Shown in pieces: positions 51,702 to 62,740 of a stretch of 64,000 nucleotides of DNA. Under the pieces are notes generated by a model. The model was not told the DNA's origin and did not search any database. It saw only the letters and a program-made list of their open reading frames with translations. Position numbers and translations under genes: made by a program. This DNA comes from Syntrophorhabdales bacterium (lineage in GTDB: Bacteria; Desulfobacterota; Syntrophorhabdia; Syntrophorhabdales; WCHB1-27): the NCBI GenBank assembly GCA_035541455.1, contig DATKNH010000046.1:8290-72289 (forward strand). Direction: 5' to 3'. Numbering within the stretch: position 1 is the first letter of the stretch; each line of letters begins with the position of its first letter.

Positions 51702-53465
51702 CTATCGGTCGACATCGGCCATGACATAGTCAAGACTCCCCAGTATCGCTATCAAATCAGCCACCATCAATCCCCGGCACAGGAAAGGCACTGTCTGCAG
51801 GTGTGCAAAAGATGGAGTACGTATCCGCGTCCGATAGGAAACGGTGTTGCCATCGCTTATGAGATAATAGCTCTCGTTGCCCTTTGCTGCCTCGGCGCCC
51901 ACGCATACTTCGCCTGACGGAATCACAGGACCCCAGCTTACGTTGAGGAAATGGTCGATCAACGTTTCGATGTCATGCATGGTTTTTTCTTTCAGGGGCG
52001 GCGTGGCCAGCGGATGAAGAGCTTTATAAGGTCCGGCCGGCATGTTATCGAGGCACTGTTCTACAATACGCAGGCTTTGCCGCATCTCTTCGATCCGAAT
52101 GAAGCAGCGATCGTAGCAGTCACCATGTGAAGCGGTGGGTATGTCAAAATCGAACTGATCATAACCGGAGTAAGGTCTCGTCTTTCGGAAATCCCATTCG
52201 AGACCGCACGCCCGCAAATTGGGTCCGGTGACACCCCATTCTATGGCTTCATCCATTGTGCAGGCACCGACCCCTTTCGTGCGTGCCTTCCAGATGCCGT
52301 TATTCATGACAGCGCTGTCATACTCATCCAGTCTGCGCGGGAGATACTTGATGAAATCGCGGATCAGCTGATCCCATCCGCTCGGCAAATCCTGCGCAAC
52401 ACCGCCTATACGAAACCATTCGGGATGCATGCGTCCGCCGCCGATGGCCTCGATAATAGCGAATGCGCGCTCCCTGTCGTTGAACGTGTAAAAGACCGGC
52501 GACATGAAACCCGTGTCTTGCGCGAAGGTCCCGTAGTAGACAAGATGATTGATGATGCGGAAGAGTTCACACATCATCACGCGAATCACTTTTGCTTTAT
52601 CCGGCACCTCGATCCCTGCCAGCTTCTCCACGGCTAGTACGTACGGCATCTCGTTCAGGAAGCCTGCCAGGTAGTCAATGCGATCAGTATAAGGGATATA
52701 GGTATGCCATGATTGACGCTCGCCCATCTTCTCGGCCCCCCTGTGATGGAAGCCTATATCAGGCATGGCGTCCACAATTACTTCTCCATCAACTTCCAGT
52801 ATCAGGCGAAAGACCCCGTGAACGCCCGGGTGGTGCGGCCCCAGGTTAAGGAACATAAAATCGCTTCCTTCACTGTGGCGCTTCATGCCGTACTGCCGAG
52901 GGTCGAACCGGAGCGCGTTCTCGTCTGACTCTGCCTTTTCAGGCGGAAGCCGGAAAGGCTCTATATCCGTGGCTCTCGCGGGATGCTCTTTGCGGAGGGG
53001 ATGGCCCTCCCACCACAGCGGCATCAGTATGCGTCTGGGGTCGGGGTGTCCTTCGAAGGAGATGCCGAACATATCGAATACCTCCCGCTCGTACCAATTA
53101 GCCGCCGGCCACAGAGGTATAACACTGGGAAGCGAAGGATGTTCGCCCGTGAGTGCCACCTTGATGCGCACATCCTCATTTCTCTCATACGAGAGGAGAT
53201 GATAAACGACAGTGAAATCGGCCGCAGGCTGCCCGCCCCGGTGAGAGCGGACGCGCTCATCTATGGCCGTGAGGTCGTAGAGCGTCCGGAAGGGCTGATC
53301 CAATTCTGCCTTGAGATACCGGAGGACATCCCCTGTGCTCTCCTTCGTTACCCATACGGTTGGGATAGCGTCCGCAGTGGGCTGCTCATAGACAACATTC
53401 TCACCCAGCCGCAGCTTCAATGTGTCAATGAGTTCCGAATTGTTCTGTGAATGTAACAAGTGCAC
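51702..53465 (-). CDS. nuoCD: NADH-quinone oxidoreductase fused subunit C/D
   Basis: 587 aa. The N-terminal third is NuoC-like ([23 protein letters not shown]). The remainder is NuoD-like ([17 protein letters not shown]-terminal DYVMADVDR). Confidence 0.9.
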   Translation of the reverse strand: MHLLHSQNNSELIDTLKLRLGENVVYEQPTADAIPTVWVTKESTGDVLRYLKAELDQPFRTLYDLTAIDERVRSHRGGQPAADFTVVYHLLSYERNEDVRIKVALTGEHPSLPSVIPLWPAANWYEREVFDMFGISFEGHPDPRRILMPLWWEGHPLRKEHPARATDIEPFRLPPEKAESDENALRFDPRQYGMKRHSEGSDFMFLNLGPHHPGVHGVFRLILEVDGEVIVDAMPDIGFHHRGAEKMGERQSWHTYIPYTDRIDYLAGFLNEMPYVLAVEKLAGIEVPDKAKVIRVMMCELFRIINHLVYYGTFAQDTGFMSPVFYTFNDRERAFAIIEAIGGGRMHPEWFRIGGVAQDLPSGWDQLIRDFIKYLPRRLDEYDSAVMNNGIWKARTKGVGACTMDEAIEWGVTGPNLRACGLEWDFRKTRPYSGYDQFDFDIPTASHGDCYDRCFIRIEEMRQSLRIVEQCLDNMPAGPYKALHPLATPPLKEKTMHDIETLIDHFLNVSWGPVIPSGEVCVGAEAAKGNESYYLISDGNTVSYRTRIRTPSFAHLQTVPFLCRGLMVADLIAILGSLDYVMADVDR

Positions 53466-53495
53466 CTTTTCAAAAGAGATGACAGAGGATGGACA

Positions 53496-54158
53496 TTAAA
53501 CCTCGTCCGGAGGACGCAGCAGCGTCGCGCGGCTCCTCTCAGCCCTTTTTATGTCACGCATTGACAGGGTCTCCGGTTTGACCACCCTTTGCGCTCCCGT
53601 CACCCAGCTCAGGGGCCTCTTCTCTTTGCCGACATAGCGCTGAAGAAGCACGAGCCCTTCCTCGAACGCGGCCGGGCTGGGAGGGCACCCGGGTATATAC
53701 ACATCGACCGGGAGGAATTTATCTACGCCTTGCACGACGCTGTAGATGTCGTACATGCCGCCCGAGTTGGCGCAGGAACCCATGGATATGACCCATCGCG
53801 GTTCCATCATTTGATCGTAGAGCCGCTTGATTACAGGGGCCATCTTGATAAAGACCGTGCCTGCAATAATAATGACATCCGCCTCTCGGGGCGTACTTCG
53901 TATTACTTCTGCTCCGAAACGGGCGATGTCATACCGGCTCGTGAGACTCGTCGCCATCTCCACGTAACAGCAGGAAAGACCGAAATTGAAGGGCCACATG
54001 GAGTATTTGCGTCCCCACGCGATGAGATCCTGAAGCCTCGAGAAGAGAACGCTGCGACGGACAGACTCGTCGATGGAAGTCATTCCACCGTTTGAAGGGG
54101 AAGACCCCCCGGCTTTGCGCAGTAACTGTGATTTGAAATCGGCCTCAGGATCAGACAT
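53496..54158 (-). CDS. nuoB: NADH-quinone oxidoreductase subunit B
   Basis: Carries [20 protein letters not shown] and IPGCPP. It has an N-terminal extension; an alternative start is M26 at 54083. Confidence 0.9.
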   Translation of the reverse strand: MSDPEADFKSQLLRKAGGSSPSNGGMTSIDESVRRSVLFSRLQDLIAWGRKYSMWPFNFGLSCCYVEMATSLTSRYDIARFGAEVIRSTPREADVIIIAGTVFIKMAPVIKRLYDQMMEPRWVISMGSCANSGGMYDIYSVVQGVDKFLPVDVYIPGCPPSPAAFEEGLVLLQRYVGKEKRPLSWVTGAQRVVKPETLSMRDIKRAERSRATLLRPPDEV

Positions 54159-54171
54159 GAATTTGAATCCT

Positions 54172-54576
54172 TTAGTCTGCGATACCTATGGGGCCAGTCT
54201 CTCTTCGCGTACGCGGCCTCCCCTGTCGACCCCAGTCCAGCGCGCCCATGGACCATATATAGGCGAGCGCAGCCACCAATATCAGGATAAAGATTGAGGC
54301 CTCGATAAAACCGGCCCACCCCGACTCCCGGAGAGAGACGGCCCATGCAAAGATGAACACAGCTTCGAGATCAAAAATTACGAAAAACATCGCAACGAGG
54401 TAGTACTTCACGTCGAACCGCATCCACGCTGACCCGGTCGGCGGTATGCCCGATTCGTAAGGCTCTCCCGTGGTCCTGTCCCTGTGCCGCTGCCCCAGCA
54501 GGCAGGAGAGGCCCAGCGTAACCGCCACCAGTGCAATGGCGAGAGCGCAATATACTCCTAAAGGCCAGAGCGTCAT
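54172..54576 (-). CDS. nuoA: NADH-quinone oxidoreductase subunit A
   Basis: 134 aa with three TM segments, carrying PYESGIPP and [19 protein letters not shown]. Confidence 0.9.
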   Translation of the reverse strand: MTLWPLGVYCALAIALVAVTLGLSCLLGQRHRDRTTGEPYESGIPPTGSAWMRFDVKYYLVAMFFVIFDLEAVFIFAWAVSLRESGWAGFIEASIFILILVAALAYIWSMGALDWGRQGRPRTRRETGPIGIAD

Positions 54577-54582
54577 GCAATA

Positions 54583-54610
54583 ATCTTAGACCGTCGCGCG
54601 GTTATGTCAA
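54583..54610 (-). promoter_or_regulatory. Sigma70-type promoter candidate for the nuo operon (TTGACA-N16-TAAGAT), 6 nt from the nuoA ATG
   Basis: On the minus strand, TTGACA is at 54610-54605 and TAAGAT at 54588-54583, followed by tattgc and then the ATG at 54576. No Shine-Dalgarno sequence lies between them. Confidence 0.5.
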
Positions 54611-54672
54611 GACCGGAAAAACGCGCGCGCGGGCTTGACAGCGGGAGAGCATATCCTGTAGGTTATGGCGTC

Positions 54673-55599
54673 ATGAATATCATCGTCTGCGGTTCGCTTG
54701 CCTATGACAGGATCATGGATTTCCCCGGCCATTTCTCAGACCATATCCTGCCTGATAAGATTCACACGTTGAACGTCTGTTTCCAGGTTAACGGCATGAA
54801 GGAGAAATTCGGAGGTACAGCAGGCAACATAGCGTACGCGCTCACCCTGATGGGCGAAAAACCCTCAGTTGCGGCCACCATCGGCTATGACTATCACCGG
54901 TATATCGACTGGTTGACAAAAAACGGGATTTCCACGGAGTATATCAAAATCGTAGAAGAGGAATGCACTGCAGGCGCGTACATTACCACCGACAAGGCAG
55001 ACAATCAGATCACCGGATTCAATCCAGGCGCTATGAAATATTCTTCCTGCCTCAACTTCGATAGATTCGACCCGCGAGAGACATTGTTTATTGTTTCTCC
55101 CGGCAATCTGGACGATATGATCAAGTACCCTGTCGAATGCAAAGCCAGAGGCATTGACTATATCTTCGATCCTGGCCAGTCATTGCCCATGCTCGATGCC
55201 AAAGATCTGACCCAGGCGATAGACGGGTGCCGCATTTTGATTTCCAATGATTACGAATTGGATCTCATTATGAGTAAGACCGGCTTGAACAGAGAAGAGT
55301 TGCTCAAGCGCGCAAAGACCATCATAGTTACTCTCGGGGAGCAGGGCTCCCGTGTGTGCGCGAGAGATCGGGAAACAGATATTCCTGCGGCCAAGGCGAG
55401 AAAGGCGGAAGACCCCACCGGTGCGGGAGATTCGTACAGGGGCGGATTAATCAGCGGCCTGGTAAAAGGCCTGGAGATCGAGCACTGCGCCAGGATGGGC
55501 AGTGTGTGCGCCTCGTTTGCTGTGGAATGCTACGGCACTCAGGAATACAGCTTCAGCGCAGAGGAGTTCCAGGAAAGGTTCAGCTGTTGCTTTCTATAA
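54673..55599 (+). CDS. PfkB-family carbohydrate/nucleoside kinase
   Basis: Starts MNIIVCGSLAYDRIM at 54673. Carries GGTAGNIAYAL and the signature DPTGAGDSYRGGLISGL. Confidence 0.85.
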   Translation: MNIIVCGSLAYDRIMDFPGHFSDHILPDKIHTLNVCFQVNGMKEKFGGTAGNIAYALTLMGEKPSVAATIGYDYHRYIDWLTKNGISTEYIKIVEEECTAGAYITTDKADNQITGFNPGAMKYSSCLNFDRFDPRETLFIVSPGNLDDMIKYPVECKARGIDYIFDPGQSLPMLDAKDLTQAIDGCRILISNDYELDLIMSKTGLNREELLKRAKTIIVTLGEQGSRVCARDRETDIPAAKARKAEDPTGAGDSYRGGLISGLVKGLEIEHCARMGSVCASFAVECYGTQEYSFSAEEFQERFSCCFL

Positions 55600-55625
55600 A
55601 GCCGGCCGCATAACTGCCTTGCACA

Positions 55626-56543
55626 TCACGTTCTTATCAGCCCTCTCTCCGTCAGTCCGCTCAAAAGGAGATGGAAATAGACCAACCCCGCAAACGGTCT
55701 CCATCGGGCAACACGACGGCCAACCTCTGAATACGACATGCGCGCGCCGGAGCCGAAAAGGGCCTCTAGCTTATTCCGCGCGCCGGCATCATCGCTAGGG
55801 AAGATTGAAAGGCGCCCCAGGCCCCGTAACATAGCGTACTCGGCAGACCAGCGACCTATGCCTTTCAGAGCCATAAGCCTCTCCCGAAGTTCCTCATCAC
55901 TCAATTGCGACAAGCGTCCAAATTCGAGTTCTCCTGCATTTGCAGCACACGCCACTTCACTGATCGCCCGAGCTTTTGCGAAGCTGAATCCGAGTGCGCG
56001 CATCTGATCAAGGCTTATCTGCAGCACTTTATCGGGGGCCGGGAACGCATGCATTCCCGATGTTCCCTCTTTGCCGCAGAGAGCGCTTAACCTGTTGAGC
56101 AGCTGGATGCCCACCGTGAGTGTAAGTTGCTGACACGCCACGGCATTGATGAGCGCCTCAAACACCGTGGGGAAGCAGGGAGGCTTCATGCCGCGGAACT
56201 GGTCGACAATACGTTTCAGTCGCCGGTCACGATCCGCCAAGAAGTAGAAAGGTGAGAGATCCAGCTGCGCACCCAGCAGCGTGATGACAGTCCTTCTCAC
56301 TTCCGGCTCGGAGCGCCGGGAGAGTCGCGAACCCTGCACCAGAGCATGCAGCACAGGTGAGTCCACGGAACCCGTTGAGTGTACGCGAATTTCCAGAGGA
56401 GCGCCCTGAATCAACAGAATCCGGCTATAGGTCTCACCGTCCCATCTATCGATGAGGTTCTCGGGCCTGCGTCGCAGTGCCCATACTGTAAGATCGAGTC
56501 GGAAGGGAGCAGCGGGCTTAAGCTCAAAAGAAAACGACGCCAT
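55626..56543 (-). CDS. alkA: DNA-3-methyladenine glycosylase II family (AlkA-like, HhH-GPD)
   Basis: Carries the helix-hairpin-helix LKGIGRWSAEYAMLRGLGR followed by FPSDDAGARN (catalytic Asp context). Confidence 0.8.
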   Translation of the reverse strand: MASFSFELKPAAPFRLDLTVWALRRRPENLIDRWDGETYSRILLIQGAPLEIRVHSTGSVDSPVLHALVQGSRLSRRSEPEVRRTVITLLGAQLDLSPFYFLADRDRRLKRIVDQFRGMKPPCFPTVFEALINAVACQQLTLTVGIQLLNRLSALCGKEGTSGMHAFPAPDKVLQISLDQMRALGFSFAKARAISEVACAANAGELEFGRLSQLSDEELRERLMALKGIGRWSAEYAMLRGLGRLSIFPSDDAGARNKLEALFGSGARMSYSEVGRRVARWRPFAGLVYFHLLLSGLTERGLIRT

Positions 56544-56575
56544 CTCGACAAACGTGTACCTTCACGTGCATATCT

Positions 56576-57394
56576 TTATCCCCGGCGCTCCCCTCCTCCG
56601 CCAGACAAAGAGGCCTTGTTCAAGAGTGCTGCAGCTGACGTATCAATGAGCCACGAGACGCTGCCTGTCAGGGGAGTTACCATGGCAGCCGGATAGATCA
56701 GCTTCGCTTGGCTATCTTCGAGCACAGTCCGAACAATGGAAGCTTTTGCAGCACCTGAGACGAGAAAGATCACCTCGTGCGCGCTGTTGATGACCGGAAG
56801 GGTCAGTGTAACTCTGTTGAGCTCCGGCGGGTGCCTGTAGACTGCAACTGCAAGGCGTAGCCGCTCCTTCAATGCAGGAGAGCCCGGAAGGAGTGAGGCT
56901 GTGTGGCCGTCTTCACCCACCCCGAGCAGTATCAGATCGAAAGCGGGAAGTCCCTTTCTGAAGAATTCCCGCAGGCGAGCGTCATAGGCCTCTGCAGCGG
57001 CATCCGGTGATTCCTCACCTCTGATCCTGTGCACATTCCCCGCAGGAAGCGGCACTTTAGAAAGAAACGCGTCGCGGGCCAGTTTGAAGTTGCTCTGTTC
57101 ATGATCCGGAGCTACGCAGCGTTCATCTGCCCAGAACAGATGGACGTGTTGCCAGTCGATCGAACGAATGTAGCGGTCTGAGCCGAGAAGCCGGTAGAGT
57201 GCTCTCGGCGTGGAACCGCCTGACAGAGCAACGCTGAATGTACCTTTTGAGGCAATCGATTCAGCTGAGGCTCCGGCAAAGCGCAGGGCCGCCGCAAGGC
57301 TCATCGCTTCAATGTCTTCGAGGATTTGGATTTCAGGTAACGGTCTCACTGAAACTCTTCGCGCCGGCCGGTCGTGACCGCTGACCCGCGACAT
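56576..57394 (-). CDS. pgl: 6-phosphogluconolactonase
   Basis: Carries FSVALSGGSTPRALY, HLFWADERCV and LLGVGEDGHTASL. Confidence 0.88.
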   Translation of the reverse strand: MSRVSGHDRPARRVSVRPLPEIQILEDIEAMSLAAALRFAGASAESIASKGTFSVALSGGSTPRALYRLLGSDRYIRSIDWQHVHLFWADERCVAPDHEQSNFKLARDAFLSKVPLPAGNVHRIRGEESPDAAAEAYDARLREFFRKGLPAFDLILLGVGEDGHTASLLPGSPALKERLRLAVAVYRHPPELNRVTLTLPVINSAHEVIFLVSGAAKASIVRTVLEDSQAKLIYPAAMVTPLTGSVSWLIDTSAAALLNKASLSGGGGERRG

Positions 57395-57400
57395 CCGCTC

Positions 57401-58957
57401 TCAAAGCGGCATCCAGGCACGCTGGTCGTTCCCGATGAGCTTCATTGCTTGATCAGGCCCGTCAGAGCCTGCAGCGTACGTGGGCAGTGTCTCCGGCGTT
57501 GTGATCGACTCCAGCTTCTCTATAAGAGGCGTGAGCAACCGCCATGTCTGCTCCTCAGCTTCTTCACGCATGAAAAGCATCTGATCTCCAAGCATGCAGT
57601 CGAGCAGCACCCACTCGTACGCATCCAGCAGCCCTGCGGAACCAAAAGAAAAGTTCATCACCATGGGTCCGGGGTTGAGGCAGAATTTTGTTCCCGGCTT
57701 CTTCGTTTGAAACGTTAGACCGATGCCTTCGTCAGGCTGCACTCTGAAGATGAGCGTATTCGGCTCGATGTGCCCATCGGGAAGATCGGAGAACATGAGG
57801 TGAGGTACCGCCTTGAAATGGATCGAAACCTCCTGTCGCGCCCGTTGCATTCTTTTGCCTGATCGCAAATAGAAGGGCACGCCCGTCCAGCGCCAGTTAT
57901 CCACGTATACCTTCATTGCTGCATAGGTGGGGACGGGCGATACGGGTGAGACGCCCGGCTCACCTCTGTAAGCCGGAACAGGCTCGCCATCAATCTCGCC
58001 CTTCCCATACTGGCCGATGACAACAAAGTCCGCAAGCCGCTCCAGCGGGAAGGGCCTCATGGAACGAAAGACTTTATTCTTTTCATCACTCACCGCATCG
58101 GCTTCAAAGGCAGCGGGCGGCTCCATGGCTGTCAGCGAGAGCACTTGAAAGAGATGGCTCTGGAACATGTCCCTGATTATCCCGGCTTTTTCGTAGTACG
58201 CGGCCCTGTGCTCCACCCCGAGCGTCTCAGCTACGGTGATCTGCACATGATCGATGTAATTGCGGTTCCAGAGCGGCTCAAAAATCGCGTTGGCAAAGCG
58301 GAACATCAACATGTTCTGGACCGTCTCTTTTGCGCTGTAGTGATCGATCCGGAAAACCTGCTTCTCAGAAAAACAGGCCTGCAGGACCCGGTTCAGGTGG
58401 CGCGCCGACTCCAGATCGCGGCCGAAAGGCTTCTCCACCACCACGTAAGGGTAACCGCTCTTACGCGCTCGCACAAGGCCTGCCTTGTCGAGGTTGGTGA
58501 CTACGGTTTCAAAAACCGTCGGAGGTATGGCGAGATAAAAAATACGATTGCCGGCTGTCTGATACTCCCTCTCCAGCGGCTCAAGCTTTTCTTTCAGCCT
58601 AGTAACGTAAGTGTCCACCGCTTCAAAATTAAAGGAAGTGTAGTAGAGCTTCGAAGCGAACTCGCCCCACGCGCCCTCACTGTATTCAGCACCGACGCCT
58701 TTCTTCACAGCAACCTTCATCGTCTCAAGGTACTGAGCGCGTTCTATCTCGATTCGGTCGGCACCAAACACAAAGGAATTACCGGGCAGGAGATTCTCCT
58801 TGAAAAGGCGGTACAACGACGGCATCAGTTTCCGCTGGGTGAGGTCTCCACAGGCTCCGAAAATCACGATGCAGGCCGGCGGCGCAATCTCTATTTCGCA
58901 CGCCCCTACCGTGCGGAAGCTGGGACTTACGTCAACCCGCGGCAGTCCTTCTCCCAT
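57401..58957 (-). CDS. zwf: Glucose-6-phosphate 1-dehydrogenase
   Basis: Carries [20 protein letters not shown] and [16 protein letters not shown] (RIDHY active-site motif). Confidence 0.92.
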   Translation of the reverse strand: MGEGLPRVDVSPSFRTVGACEIEIAPPACIVIFGACGDLTQRKLMPSLYRLFKENLLPGNSFVFGADRIEIERAQYLETMKVAVKKGVGAEYSEGAWGEFASKLYYTSFNFEAVDTYVTRLKEKLEPLEREYQTAGNRIFYLAIPPTVFETVVTNLDKAGLVRARKSGYPYVVVEKPFGRDLESARHLNRVLQACFSEKQVFRIDHYSAKETVQNMLMFRFANAIFEPLWNRNYIDHVQITVAETLGVEHRAAYYEKAGIIRDMFQSHLFQVLSLTAMEPPAAFEADAVSDEKNKVFRSMRPFPLERLADFVVIGQYGKGEIDGEPVPAYRGEPGVSPVSPVPTYAAMKVYVDNWRWTGVPFYLRSGKRMQRARQEVSIHFKAVPHLMFSDLPDGHIEPNTLIFRVQPDEGIGLTFQTKKPGTKFCLNPGPMVMNFSFGSAGLLDAYEWVLLDCMLGDQMLFMREEAEEQTWRLLTPLIEKLESITTPETLPTYAAGSDGPDQAMKLIGNDQRAWMPL

Positions 58958-58969
58958 ACCCCACCTTTC

Positions 58970-59839
58970 TTAAGATCTCCCTATCAACGCATTCCAGTCT
59001 GAAGAGAACCGTTCCATGCCTTTGACGGTAAGATCGTGGGCAATGTCATACTCCTGCCACTTATTTTCAAGAACTATCTCATGATACGGAATACCCGTCA
59101 GTTTTCCCTGTTGGTACACATAATCCTCTTTCGGCATCGGAAGTCCCTTTTCCGCCCATTCCTTGAGAACGGCAAAAGGGGCGGTAATGATGTCGGATCC
59201 CAGTTTAACGGCAAACAACAGATGCTCGAGTCCTCTCACGCTTGCCGTCAGCACTTGCACGTGACCGTCCCCCTTACTGTACATCCTGATGATGTTGGCG
59301 ATCACATCCATACCATTCTCTCCCCTGTCATCAAGACGGCCTATGAAAGGAGAGACAAAAACGTCTCCTTTTGCCGCGCCGCGGGTGGCAGCGTAGACCG
59401 CAGCCGCCTGCGCCTGCGAAAAACAAAGGGTCATATTCACGCGAAGCCCATCCCTGACCGCCTGCTCAGCCGCCTTGAGTCCCTCTCCTGACGTCGGCAG
59501 TTTGATGTGCGCGTTCGGAATCCACGCAAACATCTCCTTACCCTGAAGAAGCATCTGCTCAGCCCGCGTCACCTTGTCTGCGTACACTTCCACGGAGATC
59601 GAGCCCTGCGGCAGCATCGCAGATAGTTCCTTCACCACGTCCTTATAAAAGGCAAGAATCTCTCCGTCGCTGAACCGGTCGCCTCTCTCGAGGCGTTTTC
59701 GCACTTCCGGATTTTTCGCGATGAGTGTGGGGTTTGTTGTTTGCCCGTCAAGGAACCCGAGCAGACCGAGTGCCCCCCTTGTCTCATCAGGGTCTCCTCC
59801 ATCCAGGAATATTCTTGTTTTCAGACCGGGAGGTCTCAT
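58970..59839 (-). CDS. tal: Transaldolase family protein
   Basis: Carries IFLDGGDPDE, GQTTNPTLIAKN and ISVEV, with Lys-containing HIKLPT. It overlaps the tkt stop by 4 nt. Confidence 0.8.
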   Translation of the reverse strand: MRPPGLKTRIFLDGGDPDETRGALGLLGFLDGQTTNPTLIAKNPEVRKRLERGDRFSDGEILAFYKDVVKELSAMLPQGSISVEVYADKVTRAEQMLLQGKEMFAWIPNAHIKLPTSGEGLKAAEQAVRDGLRVNMTLCFSQAQAAAVYAATRGAAKGDVFVSPFIGRLDDRGENGMDVIANIIRMYSKGDGHVQVLTASVRGLEHLLFAVKLGSDIITAPFAVLKEWAEKGLPMPKEDYVYQQGKLTGIPYHEIVLENKWQEYDIAHDLTVKGMERFSSDWNALIGRS

Positions 59840-61674
59840 AGTATCTCCTTCACCTTTTTGACGATCGCGCCTCTGGATATCCCCTCGTAGTCGAGAAGTT
59901 CGTGGGGCTTCCCGCTCTTCGGCAGGCTGCGTACGGCAAGCGAATAGACGGGAATCGCCACGGAAGCCGCCGCAAGGGCGCTTCTCACGGCTTCACCGAT
60001 GCCACCTTCAGGCCGGTGATCTTCGACTGCTATAACACTCCTCACGCCGCCTACTGCTTCATTCAATGCCTCTGTATCGATGGGTTTAATGCAGTAGCAA
60101 TCGACCACACGGACGTGGATGTTCTCTTTTTCCAGTTGCTCATAGGCGCCGAGAGCCTCGAACAGCGTCGCACCTGCAGCGACCACCGCGATCACATCGG
60201 TGTCGCTCCTCTTGAGAACCTTAAGCTTTCCTATCGGGAATGTGTCGCCCGGGCCGTAAACAAGCGGAGTCGCTTCCCTTGTGGTGCGGATGTACACAAT
60301 GCCCTTCTCTTTTACCGCTTCTTCGACCAGGCGCTCCGTAGCGTAGGCATCGCAGGGATAGAGCACCACGCTCTCCTGTATCGTTCTGAACATGGCTATG
60401 TCTTCGAGCCCCATCTGTGACGGGCCGTCCTCGCCGATAGCAACGCCCGCATGGGAGCCGCAGAATTTCATGTTTGCCCGAGAATACTGGCCCATCCTGA
60501 TCTGATCAAAGGCGCGCGTGAAGAATGCCGCAAAAGTTGAGCAGAAAGGAATCTTCCCCCGCGTCGCCAACCCCAGTGCCACGCCAACCATATTCTGTTC
60601 AGCAATGTACATCTCGAAGTAGCGGTCAGGATGAGCTTCTCTGAAAATCTCGGCAAAGGTGGAATTGCTCACTTCTCCGTCCACGGCAGCCATTGCCGGA
60701 AATGCGGGCCCGATGCGCTTCAATGCGTTGCCGTACGCCTTTCTTGTCGCAACCGGTATTCCTTCTTCGTACGAAGGCTCCGGGATGACTGCGGGTGTCG
60801 AGGCCTGGGGCTTCAGATCTTCGGGTTTTGCCATGACCCCGCGCACGGATCTGTCTACTTCACCGAGAGCAGCAAGTGCCTCTTTGAGTTGCTCCTTATT
60901 CAACGCCTTCCCGTGCCACCCCTCTTTGTTCTCAACAAAAGGCACACCCTTGCCTTTCACGGTCCTGGCAATAATCATCAGAGGTTTGCCCGTATTCCTG
61001 GCCGCTCGTTCGTAAGCCGCGCGGATTTCTGCACAATTGTGTCCGTCAATAATAGTAGTGTTCCATCCGAACGCAGCGACCCGCCTGGCGTACGCGTCGA
61101 CATCCCATCCGTACATAGTTTCCCCGCGCTGGCCGAGCCGGTTCACGTCGATGACGCCGACAAGATTATCAAGCTTGTAATGTGCTGCAATCTGCAATGC
61201 CTCCCATTGCGAACCCTCTGCCATCTCGCTATCACCAAGAAGCACGTACGTGCGGTAAGGAAGACGATCAAGGTACTTGCCGTTCAGCGCTATGCCGACA
61301 CCGATAGGAAGACCCTGGCCCAGGGAGCCTGTCGCTGCCTCGGTATACCTGAAAGCAGTGGTAGGGTGGCCCTCCAGGGAACTGCCGAATTTGCGGTAAC
61401 TCATCAGTTCCTCTTCCGTCACTTTTCCCGCTACCGTCCAAAGTGAATAAAACAAAGGGGAGGCATGCCCTTTCGAGAATACGAGGCGATCGTTGTTCGG
61501 ATGTTGAGGCCGATCCGCATCGTACTTGAACCAGCCGTCGAAAAACAGGGCCGCCATCAACTCGGTTGCAGACAGAGAAGAGGTGGGGTGGCCGGAACCC
61601 GCCTCTGTTGTGCAGACGAGAATGTAGTAGCGGACGAGTCTGGTCAGTCTCTCCAGTTCGGTTTGTTCTATCAT
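59836..61674 (-). CDS. tkt: Transketolase
   Basis: Carries AGSGHPTSSLSATELMAALFF, GSLGQGLPIGVG and LGDSEMAEGSQWEA, plus the Pyr and C-terminal domains. The ATG at 61674 is preferred over 61734. Confidence 0.9.
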   Translation of the reverse strand: MIEQTELERLTRLVRYYILVCTTEAGSGHPTSSLSATELMAALFFDGWFKYDADRPQHPNNDRLVFSKGHASPLFYSLWTVAGKVTEEELMSYRKFGSSLEGHPTTAFRYTEAATGSLGQGLPIGVGIALNGKYLDRLPYRTYVLLGDSEMAEGSQWEALQIAAHYKLDNLVGVIDVNRLGQRGETMYGWDVDAYARRVAAFGWNTTIIDGHNCAEIRAAYERAARNTGKPLMIIARTVKGKGVPFVENKEGWHGKALNKEQLKEALAALGEVDRSVRGVMAKPEDLKPQASTPAVIPEPSYEEGIPVATRKAYGNALKRIGPAFPAMAAVDGEVSNSTFAEIFREAHPDRYFEMYIAEQNMVGVALGLATRGKIPFCSTFAAFFTRAFDQIRMGQYSRANMKFCGSHAGVAIGEDGPSQMGLEDIAMFRTIQESVVLYPCDAYATERLVEEAVKEKGIVYIRTTREATPLVYGPGDTFPIGKLKVLKRSDTDVIAVVAAGATLFEALGAYEQLEKENIHVRVVDCYCIKPIDTEALNEAVGGVRSVIAVEDHRPEGGIGEAVRSALAAASVAIPVYSLAVRSLPKSGKPHELLDYEGISRGAIVKKVKEIL

Positions 61675-61824
61675 GATCTTACCTCTGTATCTGATTACAG
61701 GAGAATCGTGAAAAAGGTAGCAGGCCTTGTTCACTTCCTTTCAGAAATACGTTGGCCACTGCTGAACGCCCGATCAAGAACTGTTTAGAATGTAGAGCGC
61801 GCCTTTTTCTTTGTCAAGGCAGAC

Positions 61825-62631
61825 TTATTTCACGAAGGGGAGCCACAGTCCCTGTCGATAGACAAGGCGGGTTGTGTTGTCGGAAGGCGTTGAAGGGCGA
61901 CCATGCGTGATCTCTTTAGGATACCGGTCCGGGTCAGTACTCCTGTAAAGTTCATAGTCAGGATCCCATGGATAAATCAGCACGGTCTCCCCTCCCAGAA
62001 CGACGCTCACAGGCTGTACGGGCGGCTTCCCTTCCGCACCATCCAGGGAGCGCAGTAAGGAATCGAGGGTATCGAAGCGCCCTATATCTTCGAGCGTTTT
62101 CAACGTGGGGGGACTCAACGGTACATCTCCCCGGACGTTGGCTTCCAGAGCGCTTCTCGGAGCGATCCAGGTACCTTCGGTTGTCTCCTTCAAATCCGGC
62201 GTTGCAACCTGGCCTGAGGGATTGCGCGCAACAAAGAACCTGGTATCGAAACGGACAGGATTCGCTTCGGGTGTTATCCAGTGCGTGTAATAGTGGAGTT
62301 GATCAAATGCCAGCAGGAGGTGCTCCTCTGCCAGAAGTTCCACCATAGTGAGCTTACGGGCATTCAGCTTGTTTCTATGTTCAGAAAATCTCTCCTGCTC
62401 GGACTCGTTCTTGATTCGAAAAAGAGCCCCGTCAGTATCATACGCGAGCAATATTCCAGCCTCTTCGAAAAGCTCGCGAATAGCTGCAACGCGGTACCCG
62501 GGGAGATTGGCAGGTGCGGCAACGCCCGCATGCGAACCCTTCCCGGCCCCGGATGCAACACGGGTGAGTATCTCCGGGCTCTCGTCGCTCTTGTCAACCG
62601 TGCCTCCGGGATACACGTAGTTACCTGCCAT
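61825..62631 (-). CDS. NUDIX hydrolase (the N-terminus probably extends upstream to about 62739)
   Basis: Carries the Nudix box PGG...E....AAIRELFEEAGILL. The in-frame sequence upstream of the first ATG encodes a typical Nudix N-terminal strand (TVILLREQPASGFEAFLLRRHQKSVF) but has no ATG, GTG or TTG. Confidence 0.75.
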   Translation of the reverse strand: MAGNYVYPGGTVDKSDESPEILTRVASGAGKGSHAGVAAPANLPGYRVAAIRELFEEAGILLAYDTDGALFRIKNESEQERFSEHRNKLNARKLTMVELLAEEHLLLAFDQLHYYTHWITPEANPVRFDTRFFVARNPSGQVATPDLKETTEGTWIAPRSALEANVRGDVPLSPPTLKTLEDIGRFDTLDSLLRSLDGAEGKPPVQPVSVVLGGETVLIYPWDPDYELYRSTDPDRYPKEITHGRPSTPSDNTTRLVYRQGLWLPFVK

Positions 62632-62740
62632 GAAGACGCTTTTCTGGTGGCGCCTGAGCAGAAAGGCCTCAAAGCCTGATGCGGGTTGTTCTCTCAGCAG
62701 AATGACTGTGGAAGCAGGTCTCGGTGTGACAGGCGTGATA

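Noticed and set aside
51440-51733. 97-aa minus-strand ORF spanning the nuoCD-nuoE gap as a possible extra complex I subunit
   Set aside because: It overlaps both the nuoCD 3' end and the nuoE 5' end. It has no RBS, a Ser/Arg/Leu-rich composition, and coincides with a repeat that also occurs in a non-coding context at 9679-9765.
58145-59002. 285-aa + strand ORF antisense to zwf, and a 271-aa + strand ORF at 60631-61446 antisense to tkt
   Set aside because: The opposite-strand genes have strong family motifs (RIDHY, GSGHP). The antisense translations have no recognisable features.
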